A DNA stretch of 60,253 nucleotides, the filler included. It is 4 parts of 4 records of this genome, joined end to end, with 100 filler letters (N's around TTAATTAATTAA, not from the genome) between each part and the next. Parts side by side here need not be neighbours in the genome. Positions count along the whole stretch, not along the records: positions 45,617 to 60,253 come from SRR20825006_2519; 3 more parts are not named here. The stretch is one strand, 5' to 3'. Every line of letters starts with the position of its first letter. Position 1 is the first letter of the stretch. This document shows, in pieces, positions 60,070 to 60,253 of this stretch. The notes beneath the pieces are model-generated. The model ran no database searches and had not been told where the DNA came from. It saw nothing but the letters and a program-made list of their open reading frames with translations. The position numbers were made by a program, and so were the translations under genes.

Positions 60070-60253
60070 TTAAAAGTATCCTTGACGTTTACGATCTTCC
60101 ATTGCTGACTCTGAACGTTTATCATCACTTCTATTTCCACGCTCAGTATTTCTCATTCCAGCTACTTCAGTTGCAACTTTATCCAAAGTATCTGCATCAG
60201 ACTCTACGCCTCCAGTGATAGTTATATCTCCTAAAGTTCTAAAACGAATTTTC
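60070..60253 (-). CDS. cysD: Sulfate adenylyltransferase subunit 2, C-terminal part (truncated by window end; absent from ORF track)
   Basis: Manual translation KIRFRTLGDITITGGVES...ERGNRSDDKRSESAMEDRKRQGYF*. Confidence 0.95.
   Translation of the reverse strand, partial: KIRFRTLGDITITGGVESDADTLDKVATEVAGMRNTERGNRSDDKRSESAMEDRKRQGYF

Noticed and set aside
37692-60253. Functional link between the CysB-like regulator and cysDN/sulfotransferase
   Set aside because: They lie on different contigs that appear to come from different phyla.

Overview
This window is not one continuous molecule. It is four contigs joined by identical 100-nt artificial spacers (44 N + TTAATTAATTAA + 44 N) at 21166-21265, 33885-33984 and 45517-45616. 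Contigs 1 (1-21165), 2 (21266-33884) and 4 (45617-60253) look like Flavobacteriaceae/Bacteroidota. Evidence is a hybrid two-component system, the zapA-6S RNA-rny block, a stand-alone pheT and TAnnTTTG promoters. Contig 4 is a Wzx/Wzy polysaccharide locus with cysDN, a sulfotransferase translationally coupled to a CE4 deacetylase, pyruvyl- and acetyltransferases and a nitroreductase. Contig 3 (33985-45516) looks gammaproteobacterial. It starts in the 3' half of a tRNA-Arg-like gene and contains a triple-frameshifted tyrosine integrase that the ORF track misses. It also carries the best candidate for an undescribed system: a co-oriented OsmC/Ohr-family protein, a stand-alone lipoyl-domain dihydrolipoamide dehydrogenase lacking the NAD-selecting Glu, a secreted RNase Z-fold (arylsulfatase-like) hydrolase, a FadL channel, a small membrane protein and an MFS transporter, next to a divergent CysB/Cbl paralogue. 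I infer a lipoyl-driven organosulfur uptake or detoxification module, which is untested. All family calls come from motif recognition; no database search was run.
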